This document shows, piece after piece, positions 26,093 through 38,820 of a stretch of DNA of 64,000 nucleotides (its first letter is position 1; the number at the start of each line of letters is the position of its first letter). The notes below the pieces were generated by a model. It was not told the DNA's origin. It saw only the letters and a program-made list of their open reading frames with translations, and did not search any database. The translations under genes were made by a program, and so were the position numbers. Location of the stretch: assembly GCA_036630325.1 (NCBI GenBank), contig CP142734.1, positions 620,001 through 684,000 on the forward strand, read 5' to 3'. The DNA comes from Vairimorpha necatrix (taxonomy: Eukaryota).

Positions 26093-29000
26093 TGTAAGGG
26101 GGCAGATCTCCATTATTACTAAGTTGACCCTCGAGATCTGAGAACACCATTCTGTGTGTATTCCCTCTTCTCAAGTACAATTTTTGGAGGGCAAATCGGG
26201 ATATTCCCCGCCTAAAATTATAAAAGAAAACCATGCCAGAAGGGTATGAAGAATAATAAAAATAATAGTTTAAAACATTCTTCTCGGACTGATGGGAAAC
26301 CATCAGTCCACGATGGTGGTAACGGTGAAGAGGATAAGATGAATGAGATCGATGACATTTGCTCTTACATGAAAAACTATGTCTCCAAAACAGATGGACA
26401 GAATTTACCGGCGAAGATTTAAGTAAAGCCGAAGACTTTCTATCTCAGTTTAGAGAAATTAAAGACGTGTACTCAACAGCCAAGACGCTAGATATTGCCA
26501 AAACCAAACTAAAGGGCAAATCGTTGAGATGGTATAAGGCTTTCGGGGGGGGGGGCGAAGAGATAACAGACTTCGAGTCTTTCAAATCCCAATTTCAAAA
26601 AAATATATAAAAGAGAAACTAGTGGAGAACAAAACTACAATGTTTATGCACCTATATGTATAAGGTCCAAAGAAAGCGATATTATAAGTTACACTTATGA
26701 CCTAAAGAGGTATGCCAAGAGAAACATAGAGTACTTTGAAAGATCAAAGATTGCCATACTAAGAAACTCTCAGGATGCATTTAAGGAGCCAGTCAATGAT
26801 ACTCAAGACTGGATAGAGTTACTAGAAGAAAAAGAAACTTTAATAAATAATTACATAAAGAAAAAACATATTTAGAAAGCCACAACAGGAAACACCTTTA
26901 TATGAAAAAAAAGAATATAGAACTTTAAACAAAAAATAGGCTCAGATGAATTCGAAGTCATCATTATTCCTGAAAATAGGTAAAGTGTGAACAAATAAAA
27001 ATTCAACAGATATCCGAGCCAGAATAAATTTTCTATCAGATAAAGAAAAAATTGCTGCGCTAATGCACCGGAGCCGAGGTTAACTACATTAACAGGAATA
27101 AAGCCCAAGCATTGGGGTTAAAATAAAAAAAAGAGGCAATGACTATAGCAGGTATAGTAAAATCAGAAGGGATAGTGAAATTTCTTGTAAAAAATCTTAA
27201 GACCAAGAAAAATAAAGCCTTGAAGGCCTACGTAGTCAAGAATCTGCTAGAAGACCTTATAATTAGCCTAACAGATATCTTAAATTTAAACTTACATAAA
27301 ATACTGGATAAGATTAAGAGTACCCGAATAACTAAGTCTATTTGCATTACAACGGCTAAAGCATCCGAAGTTCAAATAGCAGATGTTGAAGAAGAAGATA
27401 TGACAGAGAATGAAAAAGAAAAATTTATTAAAGTTATTTCAAAATATCCCGATGTGTTTTCTGATAATAATCAACAATCGTGCTTAGACATTGAGCATGT
27501 GATTGAAATAACAATGACTTTTCAGAGGTAAAAAATATTCAATCTAGAAGGTCGCCAGAACAAAATGAAATAATCGAAAATAAAGTAAAAGAATTCCTAA
27601 GTAAAGAATTTATTGAGTGTAGTGAGTCAGACTATACTTTCCGGTTGCTCTTGTGAAAAAAACCGAATGGAGATACACGGGGTTGCATAGACTATAGGAG
27701 ACTTAAAAAATTACAAAGAAGATGATTTACCTAATCCCACTCGTAGAAGCAACCATAGAAGAACTTTAAGGTGTGTCTATATTTACAGTTTTGGACTTGG
27801 AATCAGGATACCATCAAATCCGAATTCGGAAAAAAAATAGGTATTTAACAGCTTTCAGAAGTAGATCAGGAACTTTCCAATGGGTTAGAATGCCATTTGA
27901 GCTGGTAAATGCACCTTTTACATTCCAGAAAATGATGAATTCGATATTAGCACTCTGCCTTTATAAATTTGTACAAGTTACCTAGATGATATAATGATAT
28001 ATTCGAAGTCAATCGAAGAGCACCTAATACACGTAGAAGCGGTTTTATCAATACTAAACAAACAGAAATTGAAGGTTAATTGTGAAAAATGTTAAATCGG
28101 AAAGAATACAGTGAAGTTTTGGGGATACACGATAAATAAAACTGGTACTAGTATGCCCTTAGAACAACAGACTAAATGTTTAAATTTGAGAATTTTTACA
28201 ACGCTTAAAGAAACTAGAGCTTTCTTAGGATTTATAAATTACTTTAGAAAATTTATAAGGAGCTACACAGATATAATGGCTCCTATTTACGAATGCCTGA
28301 ATAAAGGAAAATTTGAATTCTCGGAAGAAGCCAAACAAAGTGTTAAGAAATAAAAGAGATTATTACGAGCTCTCCCGTCTTAAAGCTTCTGGACTTCACT
28401 AAGAAATTTATCTTGTACACTGATGCAGCAAACTTTTATATAGGAGCAACGCTAATGCAAGCATACGATGAAATTAAAATCCCTGTATACTCCATTTCAA
28501 GAAAACTAAACCCAGCCGAAATCAATTACACGGTAACCGAAAAGGAATGCCTGGCAATAATATGGAGCATATCTCAATTTCGTATTTATCTGACAAATAC
28601 TTTTACCAATAGAACTGATCATCAAGCATACAAATGGCTGCTAAGTTATAAAGCGAGTACAGGAAGACTAATGAGATTAAATCTAACCCCGGGAATTTCT
28701 TCCTACGACATCAAATACATAAAAGGAAAAGATAACATTGTAGCTGACGGATTGAAAAGAATTGTTTACACAGTGAAGCATATAATGAACGAGAACTGTC
28801 GCTAGAGAGTCGAAAAGAACTGATATTGAAATGCCACAAAGAATGTGGACATGGAATCACTCTCGCAACGTATAATCTAACTCTTGACAAAGCCAAATAT
28901 AAAGGCATGTATGAGGAAATAAAAAAAAGTCGTTGAAAAGTGTCAAATATGTTTAAAATTCAGTTCAAAAAGAGTACCGAAGGAACACCATAATATCCGC

Positions 29001-31036
29001 CTAGAGGATCCCTTCGTACTGGTAGGAATTGATATGGTAGGACCCCACCTAAGTCTGAAAATGGAAAAATCTATCTAATAGTCGCCACAGATTACTTGAC
29101 AAGATGGTGCGAAGCGAAAGCCGTAAAAAATAAGACTGCTAAAACGGCGTCTAAATTTATATTCGAGGAGATTATATGTAGACATGGCCCACTAAATAAA
29201 ATTCTTTCAGATGAGGACTTGAATTTTTAAACAGTACTGTCAAAGAACTATTCGAATATTTAAGATAAGGAAAATTTTTGCATCAGCATACCATCCACAA
29301 TGTAATTGTATAGTAGAAAGGACGGCTAATGTCGGCTTTAGAAGAAAATTTTCGATATAGGGTTTTTTTTGTTTTTTGCCCCCTTTTCAAAAATAAAGGA
29401 GAAAAAATGTGGAAGAAGAAACAAAAATAAAAATTAGAACAATAAATTTATTAATGCTTCAAACACAGAACTAGAAGAATTTCTTTGAAGCATATACCTG
29501 AATAAATAAAGTTTCGCACTCCGAACTGATCTACTTCTATTTGGTATAGAATTTTTTAAAGATCGCCAATTACCTTCTATGATATTGGTATGAACTCCAG
29601 TAAGTGGGTCTCTAAAGTGTAGAGAATGATTTACCATTAGATGTTGGTTAAATATTATGCCTAAATTGCGGTAGGCTCTTCACATATCGCTATAAATTAT
29701 ACTATTTCTGTCTACATATTTTAACAAAAGATTAGTTAGCGTTATTTGGTCTCTTTTCTTAATATATATAAATATAATTCGGCGGTGTATGGTACGTTCG
29801 ACCATACTAAAACACCAGAAACCTTTCACAATTCTACCTCTATTATTCTTATTCTTGACAATCTTCGTCTCATCGATTTCCACTACTTTGTTTTCACCCC
29901 CTATAACGCCAATACTAGATAAATAATTTTCAAAAATATCCAATTCTTTTAACTTTTTTAGTATAAATGACACAGATTCCGCCGAACAACCCGAAATTTG
30001 ACAAATAGATTTTCGAGGATATCCTAGAATCCACATATTAAGTATTTGTAATACTGTAATATGGTTAAGCCTAGAATCTTGAAATAAAGTACCTTTCCAT
30101 GAAGAAACTGTTTTTTTTACAAGTACTCCATTTACACTTCAAGATAAGTTTTTGTTTATTCTTTATTATCATCTGAGCATCACATAATTCACAATTCTTT
30201 ATTTTATTTTTATTCATTAATGCATTATATATGTTTTCTAATTGCTCTCTTGTTTAAATTTTCTCCTCCATTTTTGAAAAAAGGGGCAAAAAAAACCATA
30301 TATCGAAAATTTTCTCCTAAAGCCGACATTAGCCGAAATGACTAACCAATCACTAGTGGGCAAATTGGCAACAATCATAAATGGAAGGCGGAAAGGCTGG
30401 GACGAATACATAGAACTGGTTCTTTACGCATACAGAATTTCTCCCAGAAAACAAACAGGACACTCTCCATTTGAGCTATTATATGGACGGAACCCCATAA
30501 CATGGGAACATCCTGAAGAAGCAGCCTTATACTTGGAAGATAATTTTTTAATATTTGAAAGACTAAAACAGACTCGAGATATTATGTTACAAGCCGAGAT
30601 AGAGGCCAGGGAAGGCGAAATAAAGGATGGAAAAGAGCAGACACTTAGGATAAGAGACGTGGTGGCAAGAAGAAAACCACTCATCAAGATAAAAAATAAA
30701 TTGGATAGTAAGTTCGAGAGTCCATACACTATAACTAAAGTGTCTAAGAAGGGGCATATGAAATAACTACCCCCAATAACGAAGTGTTCTCGGTAAATTG
30801 GAAAGACCTAAAGAAGATTGACTCTGAATTAAAAACCTGGGAGCCGATAAAGAAAGGGGGATGTCGGTGGACAGATCTCCATTGATACTAAGATTACCCT
30901 GGAGATCTGAAAGCACCATTCTGTGAGTATTCCCCCTCTTCCCAAGTATAATTTTTGGAAGGAAAATCGGAAAAATTTCCTGCCTAAAATTATAAAAGAA
31001 AACCATTCCCAGAAGGGGATGAAGAATAATAAAAAT
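26093..31036 (+). mobile_element. Decayed Ty3/gypsy LTR retrotransposon with truncated 3' LTR
   Basis: LTR-like repeats 26093-~26313 and 30862-31036 (CAGATCTCCATT...GAAGAATAATAAAAAT). PBS TGGTGGTAACGG at 26314. PPT AGAAAGGGGGA. Motifs LDLESGYHQI, YLDD, YTDAA, TDHQA, GIDMVGP. Confidence 0.9.
29324..30334 (-). mobile_element. Merlin family M5 nested in the gypsy integrase
   Basis: TIRs GGCTAATGTCGGCTTTAG.../...CTAAAGCCGACATTAGCC. TSD GAAAGGAC/GAAATGAC at the VERTN codons. Transposase motifs VVEIDET, IYSD, HTNIIEGNW. Confidence 0.93.
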
Positions 31037-31138
31037 GGTTATGTTCTCGACTTACCCCCCCCCCACCCCTAAAAAAAAAAATTCTTCCACAATTGTAAAA
31101 TCTATTTCAGGAATAATGTCATATGCTAAAATACTAAA
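31037..31138 (-). mobile_element. Merlin M1 terminal fragment
   Basis: GGTTATGTTCTCGACTTACCCC...CCACAATTGTAAAATCTATTTCAGG matches the ends of 3883 and 59657. Confidence 0.85.
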
Positions 31139-31514
31139 TGTTGTAACTCTAAGTACAAATCATTGCTCTTTATCAAACATCAAACTGATTCATCACAAGC
31201 TGGTCCGGTCGAATATGGTTATCACTAATCAGAATTTCAGAATTAAATATAAAAGAAAAGGTTCTTAATAAACATGCAATTTCATTCAGATTCGTCTGCT
31301 AGTTTCAACATGGCGACAACGACAATAAAAGGACTTAAACAATTCGGAAGCGACCCAGAAGAAGACATTTGCTTATGGATGCAAGAAGCGCTATTCATCG
31401 CAAGAATCACGGAAAAGACGGAGGCGGAGTCAATTAAACTCATCTTCTTGCAGCTCAAAGGGGAAGCCCTGAGTTGGGTGGCAGAAACTATGGGGGACCG
31501 AGCCAACCAAATTC
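31139..31514 (+). mobile_element. gag: Gypsy 5' fragment: LTR (31139-31310), PBS and start of gag
   Basis: TGTTGTAACT...AGTTTCAACA then TGGCGACAACG. MATTTIKGLKQFG...LKGEALSW resembles the gag at 47519. Confidence 0.8.
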
Positions 31515-32613
31515 GGTACATGCCCGTCTGGAACCCGCTTTAGGAAAATGGACCCGCTTTGAAAATTTCAAAAAAAGGAAAAATAAAAAAAATTATAAAA
31601 AAAGAGACTTAACGATTTATTTTGAATAATGAAAAAAGTCGATTAATTCTTTGGTTTTTTGGTATTTGATAAGACCATAGAAACTGTAAAAGATACTCAT
31701 AGTGCTCGTCCTGGTTTAATCCATGTCTAGCCCGAATATCTCTCTTTGAAAGAGACCAAAATAATTCAATTTGTTGAGTATGTGTCTTGGGATCGTTAGG
31801 ATTTACAAAATTAATAAGGCGATTCACGTCTTAAACTCTATCTCCGTAATTTGTCTAAATGCGGCACTATATGCTCTCCATTGTTCAGTGATCACAATAG
31901 ATCCAGGCAATACATTATCTTGTATTACCTCAAGAAGAGTAGCAGTATATCTACTAGTTTCAGGGACGATAAAGGCCTTTTTAGAACCTCTTTCAACTCC
32001 TCCTACATACAACTGACCTATGGTATGATTACCACGATTATATTTGGCACGGAAGAATAGAATCTCGTCGATATTTACTACTTTAAAGATGCCGAACTCA
32101 TCACGATCTTATTATCTCTGACTATTGTTGGTTACTTTCTCGATATTGCGATCTCTGCAGAGCAAACCATATGTACTTACGGGGGTTTCTGTCTAGATCG
32201 AGATCATTTGCTATATCAAGGAAGGAAACTCTTTTGATGTACTTATATATCATTCTTCGAATTTATTAAAAACTAAATTTGGTATTTTCAAAAATAGAGT
32301 CCTTTTCCACAGATTTAGAAGCCATACAATATTTGTACAATCCCAAACATATTGTCTACTAGTCTTATTCTTCTAATCAATTTAATTGGCTTTATAGAAT
32401 TGCATACAGTAAAAAGGTGTTTTTTATTAATGAACTGCGTGCCAGAAAGATACACGCTGTCTCAGAATCATAAATGTAACTTTAATTTATAAAAACAACA
32501 TATTATCACTAAAGAGCTCAACTCTCTCAACAAAATTTGTTTTTGTCAGTTTGCCATTTTTTGTAAGGGAGGCTCTTATAATTTTCAAGGCGGGTTCCAA
32601 ACGGTCATGTACC
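31515..32613 (-). mobile_element. Merlin family M6 with non-matching flanks
   Basis: TIRs GGTACATGCCCGTCTGGAACCCGC and GCGGGTTCCAAACGGTCATGTACC. Motifs GGVERGS, LPGSIVIT, HTQQIELFW. Flanks CCAAATTC and GCCCCATA are not a TSD. Confidence 0.88.
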
Positions 32614-34140
32614 GCCCCATATATAAGATCATTACGAGAAATTCTTGGCTTTATAAGCGTTTACATGAAATTTATTTCCGGAGCTCAAGTGTTGCAGGAT
32701 GCTTGTATGATTTACTTAAATAAGATAGAAAGTATAGTTAGGCAAAACATAATAAGGCTTTCAAAAAGCTTTAAAACATCATAAAACCAAAAATAGCATT
32801 ATACCAACCAGACTATACAAAACCCTTCATACTAGATACAAGCGCGTGCAATTTGGTAGTTGAAGCAATTCTCTACAAAAGCAAGGCGAAACAATTTATT
32901 CTATTTCATATGCTTCAAGAAGACTTTTACCGACCGAGATAAACTTTAGTATCAGTGAGAAAGAATGCTTTGTAGTGTAATGGGAATGGAAAATTTAAAT
33001 ATTTTTTATACGGATATGTATTTGGGGTAAAACTGACCATAAAGGGTTGGAAGTATTAGACAAAGGAGAAATAGACTCTCAACGAATACAAAGATGGCTG
33101 AACAGACTTATCCTATATATTTCTCTTCTAAAATATAAAAAGAGTGTTGAGCTGGCACATGTGGACTACACATCTCGCCTATAACAAAACGATACCCAAG
33201 TTGTGAATATTATTCAAGATTCAAATTGTGAATTAAGAAGAGAATTTATTAAAGATAACATGAGAAATTAGTACATCATGGAGCAAAATGAGTAGCAAAA
33301 GAACTCAAGAAAAATATACGTGATATAATATGAAAAAATAGATGAGGATGATTTGAAAAAGTGTATAAGAGGCAAAATGTTTAATTCAAAATGAAGGAAA
33401 CCCTTTTGTGTTTGTCAAAGCGTTTTATTAGGAGAAAAGGTAGCTATAGACATTTGGACTCAAAAAATTGAAAAATTATACTAGCAGCAATTGATTACTT
33501 TAGTCGAAAGATGCGTAAAAAGTTATTACCACGAGAGCTAGTATCAAAATTGTAGATTTTAAAATGGGGATAAACAACTAAGTAACAATAAGGAGCATAA
33601 TGATTCACTCAAATTAAACCAAAGTAGAAAAGTAAAGAGCTGGCCATTAAGATGAAGTAAAAGCTTATGCTACAACAATCTTCCGCCATCGGTCGAATGT
33701 AAGGGTAGAAAGATTAGCAGAATTGTCCAGGAATGCATTTACGAACAAGAGCGAAATCTGAATCTAAAAACAGAAACTATAATAAATTTAGAGGCTTACA
33801 ATGATATCAGTTACTCGACACTAGGAATGCCTCCAAATTATGATTTTAAAGAAGAAAACGAGAAAAAATATAAGAAAGTACAAAAAAAAATAAAATTTTA
33901 ATAAGCCAAACGAGCATAAAGAAGTTGAAGAGGTGTATAAGGAAAACGATCAAGTAAAGATAGAGAATGAATTTGCAGTGAATAAGGGACTTCCGTGTTT
34001 GAAGATAGAGGACAGATTGCAAAACGATTATTAAACTAAACTTTTATTGTAATATCAAAGGAGAAAAGTTTTAAGATATATGCATCTATGCTAAAAATAC
34101 TTATATACTTGCCTATAAAAGGTTGGGAATGTTGTATATT
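32614..34140 (+). mobile_element. pol: Old gypsy pol remnant (RT thumb, RNase H, integrase, PPT)
   Basis: SLREILGFI, PFILDTSA, SISEKEC, KTDHKGL, AIDYFSR. Purine tract AAAAGGTTGGGAA then TGTTG at 34130. Heavily mutated. Confidence 0.75.
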
Positions 34141-36570
34141 TATAAATTTATATTTTTAAACGCCAAGATAACCTAAATAAACAATTTAAAAATATTTGCA
34201 AGTAAAATTGGTTTTGATGATGCTGATTTTTGCACATTATAAAATCGATAGGAGGTTAAATAGGAAATATGGTCAACTTAAAAGAATTATTATTAGAAGA
34301 GTTTTTTATTATATCAGTAAAAAAAAATTATGAAAAAACATGAGTACCGCTTAAATACATTTTTTACGAGAGACAATCAAATATCCGGAGCATAAAATAG
34401 TTGTTTCTACAGGGATATTGTTTTATCTATCAGCAAAAAATCGAATTTCAATAAATATTAAAGAAATAGTTAAATAAAAGGATAGAAAGTCGAAATTCCA
34501 AGCATGCAATTTAGTCAAAAATTGTGGAATCGTGAATTTGACATTTGAATGGGGGCATTAAAGTCATCAAACTAATAATAAGTAAGGCATTCCTATCTTT
34601 GCTAGACGTACAGTTTCGAGAAAAAATTTATGAAAAAAGCCAGGATGTATCTAGAATTATATAATCCTAAGTTCGACTTCTTTAAACTTTGGAAAATAAC
34701 ATAGTAAACAACTAAAAGTCTTACCGTAGGGAGCCAAAAGTTATTCAATTTAAAAAAGTAATATGAATGTTGAAGAAATTGAGATTTACTACAATTACAA
34801 TAATATATGCAAAGAACGTCTTAAAATGATGTTAGAGTAAAATTTCTTACAAAACACAAATAATAAGTCTATATAATATCCAATAAAGAATAATTACTAA
34901 CAAGATAGTGACACAACATATCGTAAAATTTAATTCAAGTTTTTGGCAATGTAAAGATTACACTATGAACTGCATGAAAAAAAACAATAGTTATATCATA
35001 ATAACACAATTACAAATAAAAACTACTGATTCAAGATTGGAAGCCACCCTTTAGATTACAATACAGCTACTAGAAGGATTAAGGAAATATAAATTTATAA
35101 TAGATATGGAGAAATAACTCGTAGTAAGCACGAATACTTTAGTAAAAAATGTGAAAAAGAAAACAAAAGAGAATTAACGACAAAATTCTTTTTTTTCTTG
35201 AAAGTAGTAGGTAGATAGAAAACTTACACAATTAAAAAAAAACTTTATTTTGTATCTATTTAGGGGTAAAAAGGATTCTTACATACATAATGTACCCTCG
35301 AGCGTGATTACACTGAATTTTTGTGTTATCTTACATATTGAAAGCATGAGGGCCTATTTCCATGGTTTTATCGTGGCCAGTCTACACCGGAAGAAAAAAG
35401 TTGGGGATGTTTAAAATGACACAAGTAAAGGCAAAAATGTACTAGTTCAGGTTTTTACGTTATTTCTATCATTATCTTTCCATAGACAACCACACTGATA
35501 GTCCGAATTTATTTACTGTATTGGATTTCAGTTCTTATCATTTAGATCATAGTGTTGAAAAAACAATTATGATGTATTAGCTTAAGTTCATATTACCGCT
35601 TATAAATTGCAAAAATTACGAAGATGCACTAGTTTTTTTCGATTAAAATGGAATCTTAATCTGGCATTAATTTTAAACTTAAGGAACAAAGTTTTGGCTT
35701 GATATAATTAACACATCAATAAACTAATTATACAAGAAGAATAACAACTGAATAGTTTTATTGTACTGAACTAAACAGAACCCAAACTTATGAATGATGT
35801 ATGCTCGTATTTTTTTTTTGTGATAAGCTTGTAATATCTAAAAAATTATTCAAAGGAACTCATTATACTCTTAATGTATACTAATTCATAAAAAAATATC
35901 CTTTTAATTATATCTGCTACAAATAAGGATTAACTAAGTCGTTTGTCTTTTTAAATTTTTCTAATATCATTACTGATGTTTGCTATGTTTATAAGTTACA
36001 CAGATTTTTGGATTGTTTGGGATATTCACGTGTTACCATTAAGATAAAACCATATCTTTGAAGAAAAAAACATAGTGTCTTTACAATTCAAATCATCAAT
36101 ATTTTTTGCATTTTATCTATCTAAAAATAATTTATCGAATTAGATATGTAAACCATTCCTTTAAGCAAAAATATTGTACTAAGACTGATGTACGATAACA
36201 AGAAAATATTGAATTGATAATAATAAGCTACTTATGCGTAAGAATGAATATTATATTTTATAATAAGGTACTTTTAGTGTGAGCTTGAATCTTTCCAATA
36301 TTTAATAGCGAATTGTCTAAGTATGTGTTATAAATAATTAAACATTATTATTAATTTTTCGATTTTACGCAGATATAATTCAACAATATATTTTTTAAAT
36401 TAATATACATTTTAAAACAAATACATCATCGAGCGATAAATAATAGTTTTGACTTGATGTAATGTTTTGTCATCGTTTAAAATCTTCTAATTATCACATA
36501 TACAAAAATATGAATAACCTTATTAGAGTTTAATTAAAAACTATATAAATAAAAAATAAAACAGCCAAAC

Positions 36571-38820
36571 ATGAATTTTTTGGCCATTACCATTGTTGTA
36601 CGGTGTTGTCAAGATATGTATGATAAAATAACTAGTGTGATTATAAATAAAATAGAGAGAAGGGAATATCTTACGTTTAACACTGATAAAAATTATCTTA
36701 GAGTAGAATTAGGATTCGATAACAATTTAAATGAGCTTAATGCATATTTAGTTAAAAATATAAACATGACCGATGATTTTAAGAGGAGCAAAACTATTAA
36801 AATAAGTTGTGGAGATAAATCTATCGAAGACATAGTCACAGAGTTTGAAGATAATTTATTAGATGAATATATTTATAATGCAACAGATTCTATTTTATTA
36901 ATCTATGATCCATTTTATATTGAACCGAATCTCATCTTTAAAAAATTAATCAAATTGTTAAAAAAAATGAATCGTAAAAGATCAAATACGATATTAAGTT
37001 CGTTTTTGTACTATGAAAACATTGTAGCCTTTGATATTTTAGAAGATAAAATATTTTCATATGTGTTTTATAAATTGTATTTTTATGGTAAATATTCGTC
37101 CAGTCGTATAAAATCACCAATAATCTACATAAACAAACTAGGTGAACGTTTCATATCTTTTTGTATACATCTTGAAAATAGTTATCATTTTTTTAATTTA
37201 AACGTAAAACATTTCTATAATGAAGAATTTTTAGGAATGATTAATGTAAAAACATGTTACAAGAATGAAACTGACAATATTATAGGCGATTTTTTTTACA
37301 ATTTATATAAAAATGCAAATATTGAACGATTAAGTGTATTTTATGAAGTGTTTGATACATTTTGTTCAATTAAAAAAATTCATTTTAATCGTAAAACATT
37401 TAAAATGGAAATAATAAAAAACAAAATTCGCATTAAACAGGGCGGAAAAATATATTATTATGCATTAAGAAAAGATTTAAGACAATCTGAAATACAACAG
37501 ATAATTTCAGAAGAATGTTTTTTAGATTTTCAAGATTTTTTTAAAAAGTTTTTTACAATAAAGCAAAGTATTAATAGTCACAAAACAGTAGAATTTTTGT
37601 ATAGATTATTAGAAAACAACAAGAGAGTGGAAAATATCATTGTTAGAATCCTAAATAATAGGGATAGGGCATTAAAAATAATATTACCGCATCTTTTACT
37701 TGAAGTGTCATTAATTAAAGAAAGTGAGTTGGAAGATATTATAAACAAAGAAAAACATAATAATGTAAAAAGAATGAATTTTATGAAAAAATTGTTGACA
37801 ATATTATCGAATCATAATTTATGCGCGAACGTTTATGCTATAAAGATTTGCATATTTATAGAAGCTCAACAAATTGTAAACGAGAATTTCTGGAGTAAAG
37901 ATCAAGTTTTTGATGTTTTGAAAAAAATTCAAAATCTTATTGAATCTAAAGAAAGAACAAACAATAAAGACGAGATTATATCTTCAGCCTCGTCTAATTC
38001 CAAGAGTATTGATTTAATTAAAATTTACCATGAAATGTTAAAATATCACATATCAGATATTGAGGAATTTAAGACAATTGTTTGGTATAACATATTTCAA
38101 ATCACTTCCTTGTTTACAGGATTAGAGAACAATACTTTTGAAAAGGATTTTGATAAAGTGTACGCCAATAAAGAAGACGTCATTTCTAAATTTAAATTAG
38201 ATAAAAATAAAATAGATACCAATAATGAAATCATATTTCAGAAACTAAAAAAAAATTTATATGAGGATTATTTTAAAGAAGAAAAAATTAAACATATAAA
38301 AGAAAGAATACTAAAAACTCTACAAAATATTAAAGAGGAAGGTCTAACTGATTCTTTAAATAAATTGAAAAATGATGCTTTAAATGTAGAGTTTGAAAAT
38401 TTTTATTTTGAAGAAGAGATCGATAATTACGAAGGTAAGTTATTTTCGGCAGGAAAAAGAGAAATAGAAAAAATATATGATTATGACAATATGAAGAGTG
38501 AACTGGAAAGTATAAGTACAAATATCGACATAAATTTCTTAAATAAATATAAAACTAAAGAGGTAAAGTTTTTTGGTCAAGACATACGAGAAAATTTAAA
38601 AGAAAACATCAAGAACAATATCAAAAAGCAAATACCAAAAATTTTAACTAATTTGTTTCAAAGCAACTTGAGTAGAGATGGAAATTTTAGATTTAAATGT
38701 GAGAAAAACATTAGTTATATTCTAAAATCCATTAATAAAAAAGACCTATTAACAATACTAAACAATGAGCCAGGAATCAAAACACATGACAGTTTGGTCG
38801 AAGGCTTTACTATCCAATAA
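36571..38820 (+). CDS. Hypothetical host protein, 749 aa, probably secreted and lineage-specific
   Basis: Long intronless ORF in very AT-rich DNA. Short hydrophobic N-terminus MNFLAITIVVRC. TATATAAA about 28 bp upstream. K/I/N/E-rich with no recognised domain. Confidence 0.85.
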   Translation: MNFLAITIVVRCCQDMYDKITSVIINKIERREYLTFNTDKNYLRVELGFDNNLNELNAYLVKNINMTDDFKRSKTIKISCGDKSIEDIVTEFEDNLLDEYIYNATDSILLIYDPFYIEPNLIFKKLIKLLKKMNRKRSNTILSSFLYYENIVAFDILEDKIFSYVFYKLYFYGKYSSSRIKSPIIYINKLGERFISFCIHLENSYHFFNLNVKHFYNEEFLGMINVKTCYKNETDNIIGDFFYNLYKNANIERLSVFYEVFDTFCSIKKIHFNRKTFKMEIIKNKIRIKQGGKIYYYALRKDLRQSEIQQIISEECFLDFQDFFKKFFTIKQSINSHKTVEFLYRLLENNKRVENIIVRILNNRDRALKIILPHLLLEVSLIKESELEDIINKEKHNNVKRMNFMKKLLTILSNHNLCANVYAIKICIFIEAQQIVNENFWSKDQVFDVLKKIQNLIESKERTNNKDEIISSASSNSKSIDLIKIYHEMLKYHISDIEEFKTIVWYNIFQITSLFTGLENNTFEKDFDKVYANKEDVISKFKLDKNKIDTNNEIIFQKLKKNLYEDYFKEEKIKHIKERILKTLQNIKEEGLTDSLNKLKNDALNVEFENFYFEEEIDNYEGKLFSAGKREIEKIYDYDNMKSELESISTNIDINFLNKYKTKEVKFFGQDIRENLKENIKNNIKKQIPKILTNLFQSNLSRDGNFRFKCEKNISYILKSINKKDLLTILNNEPGIKTHDSLVEGFTIQ

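Noticed and set aside
20642..30342. Merlins targeting catalytic codons (hAT LDES and integrase VER)
   Set aside because: Only 2 of 11 insertions, and the TSDs share no motif, so chance is sufficient.
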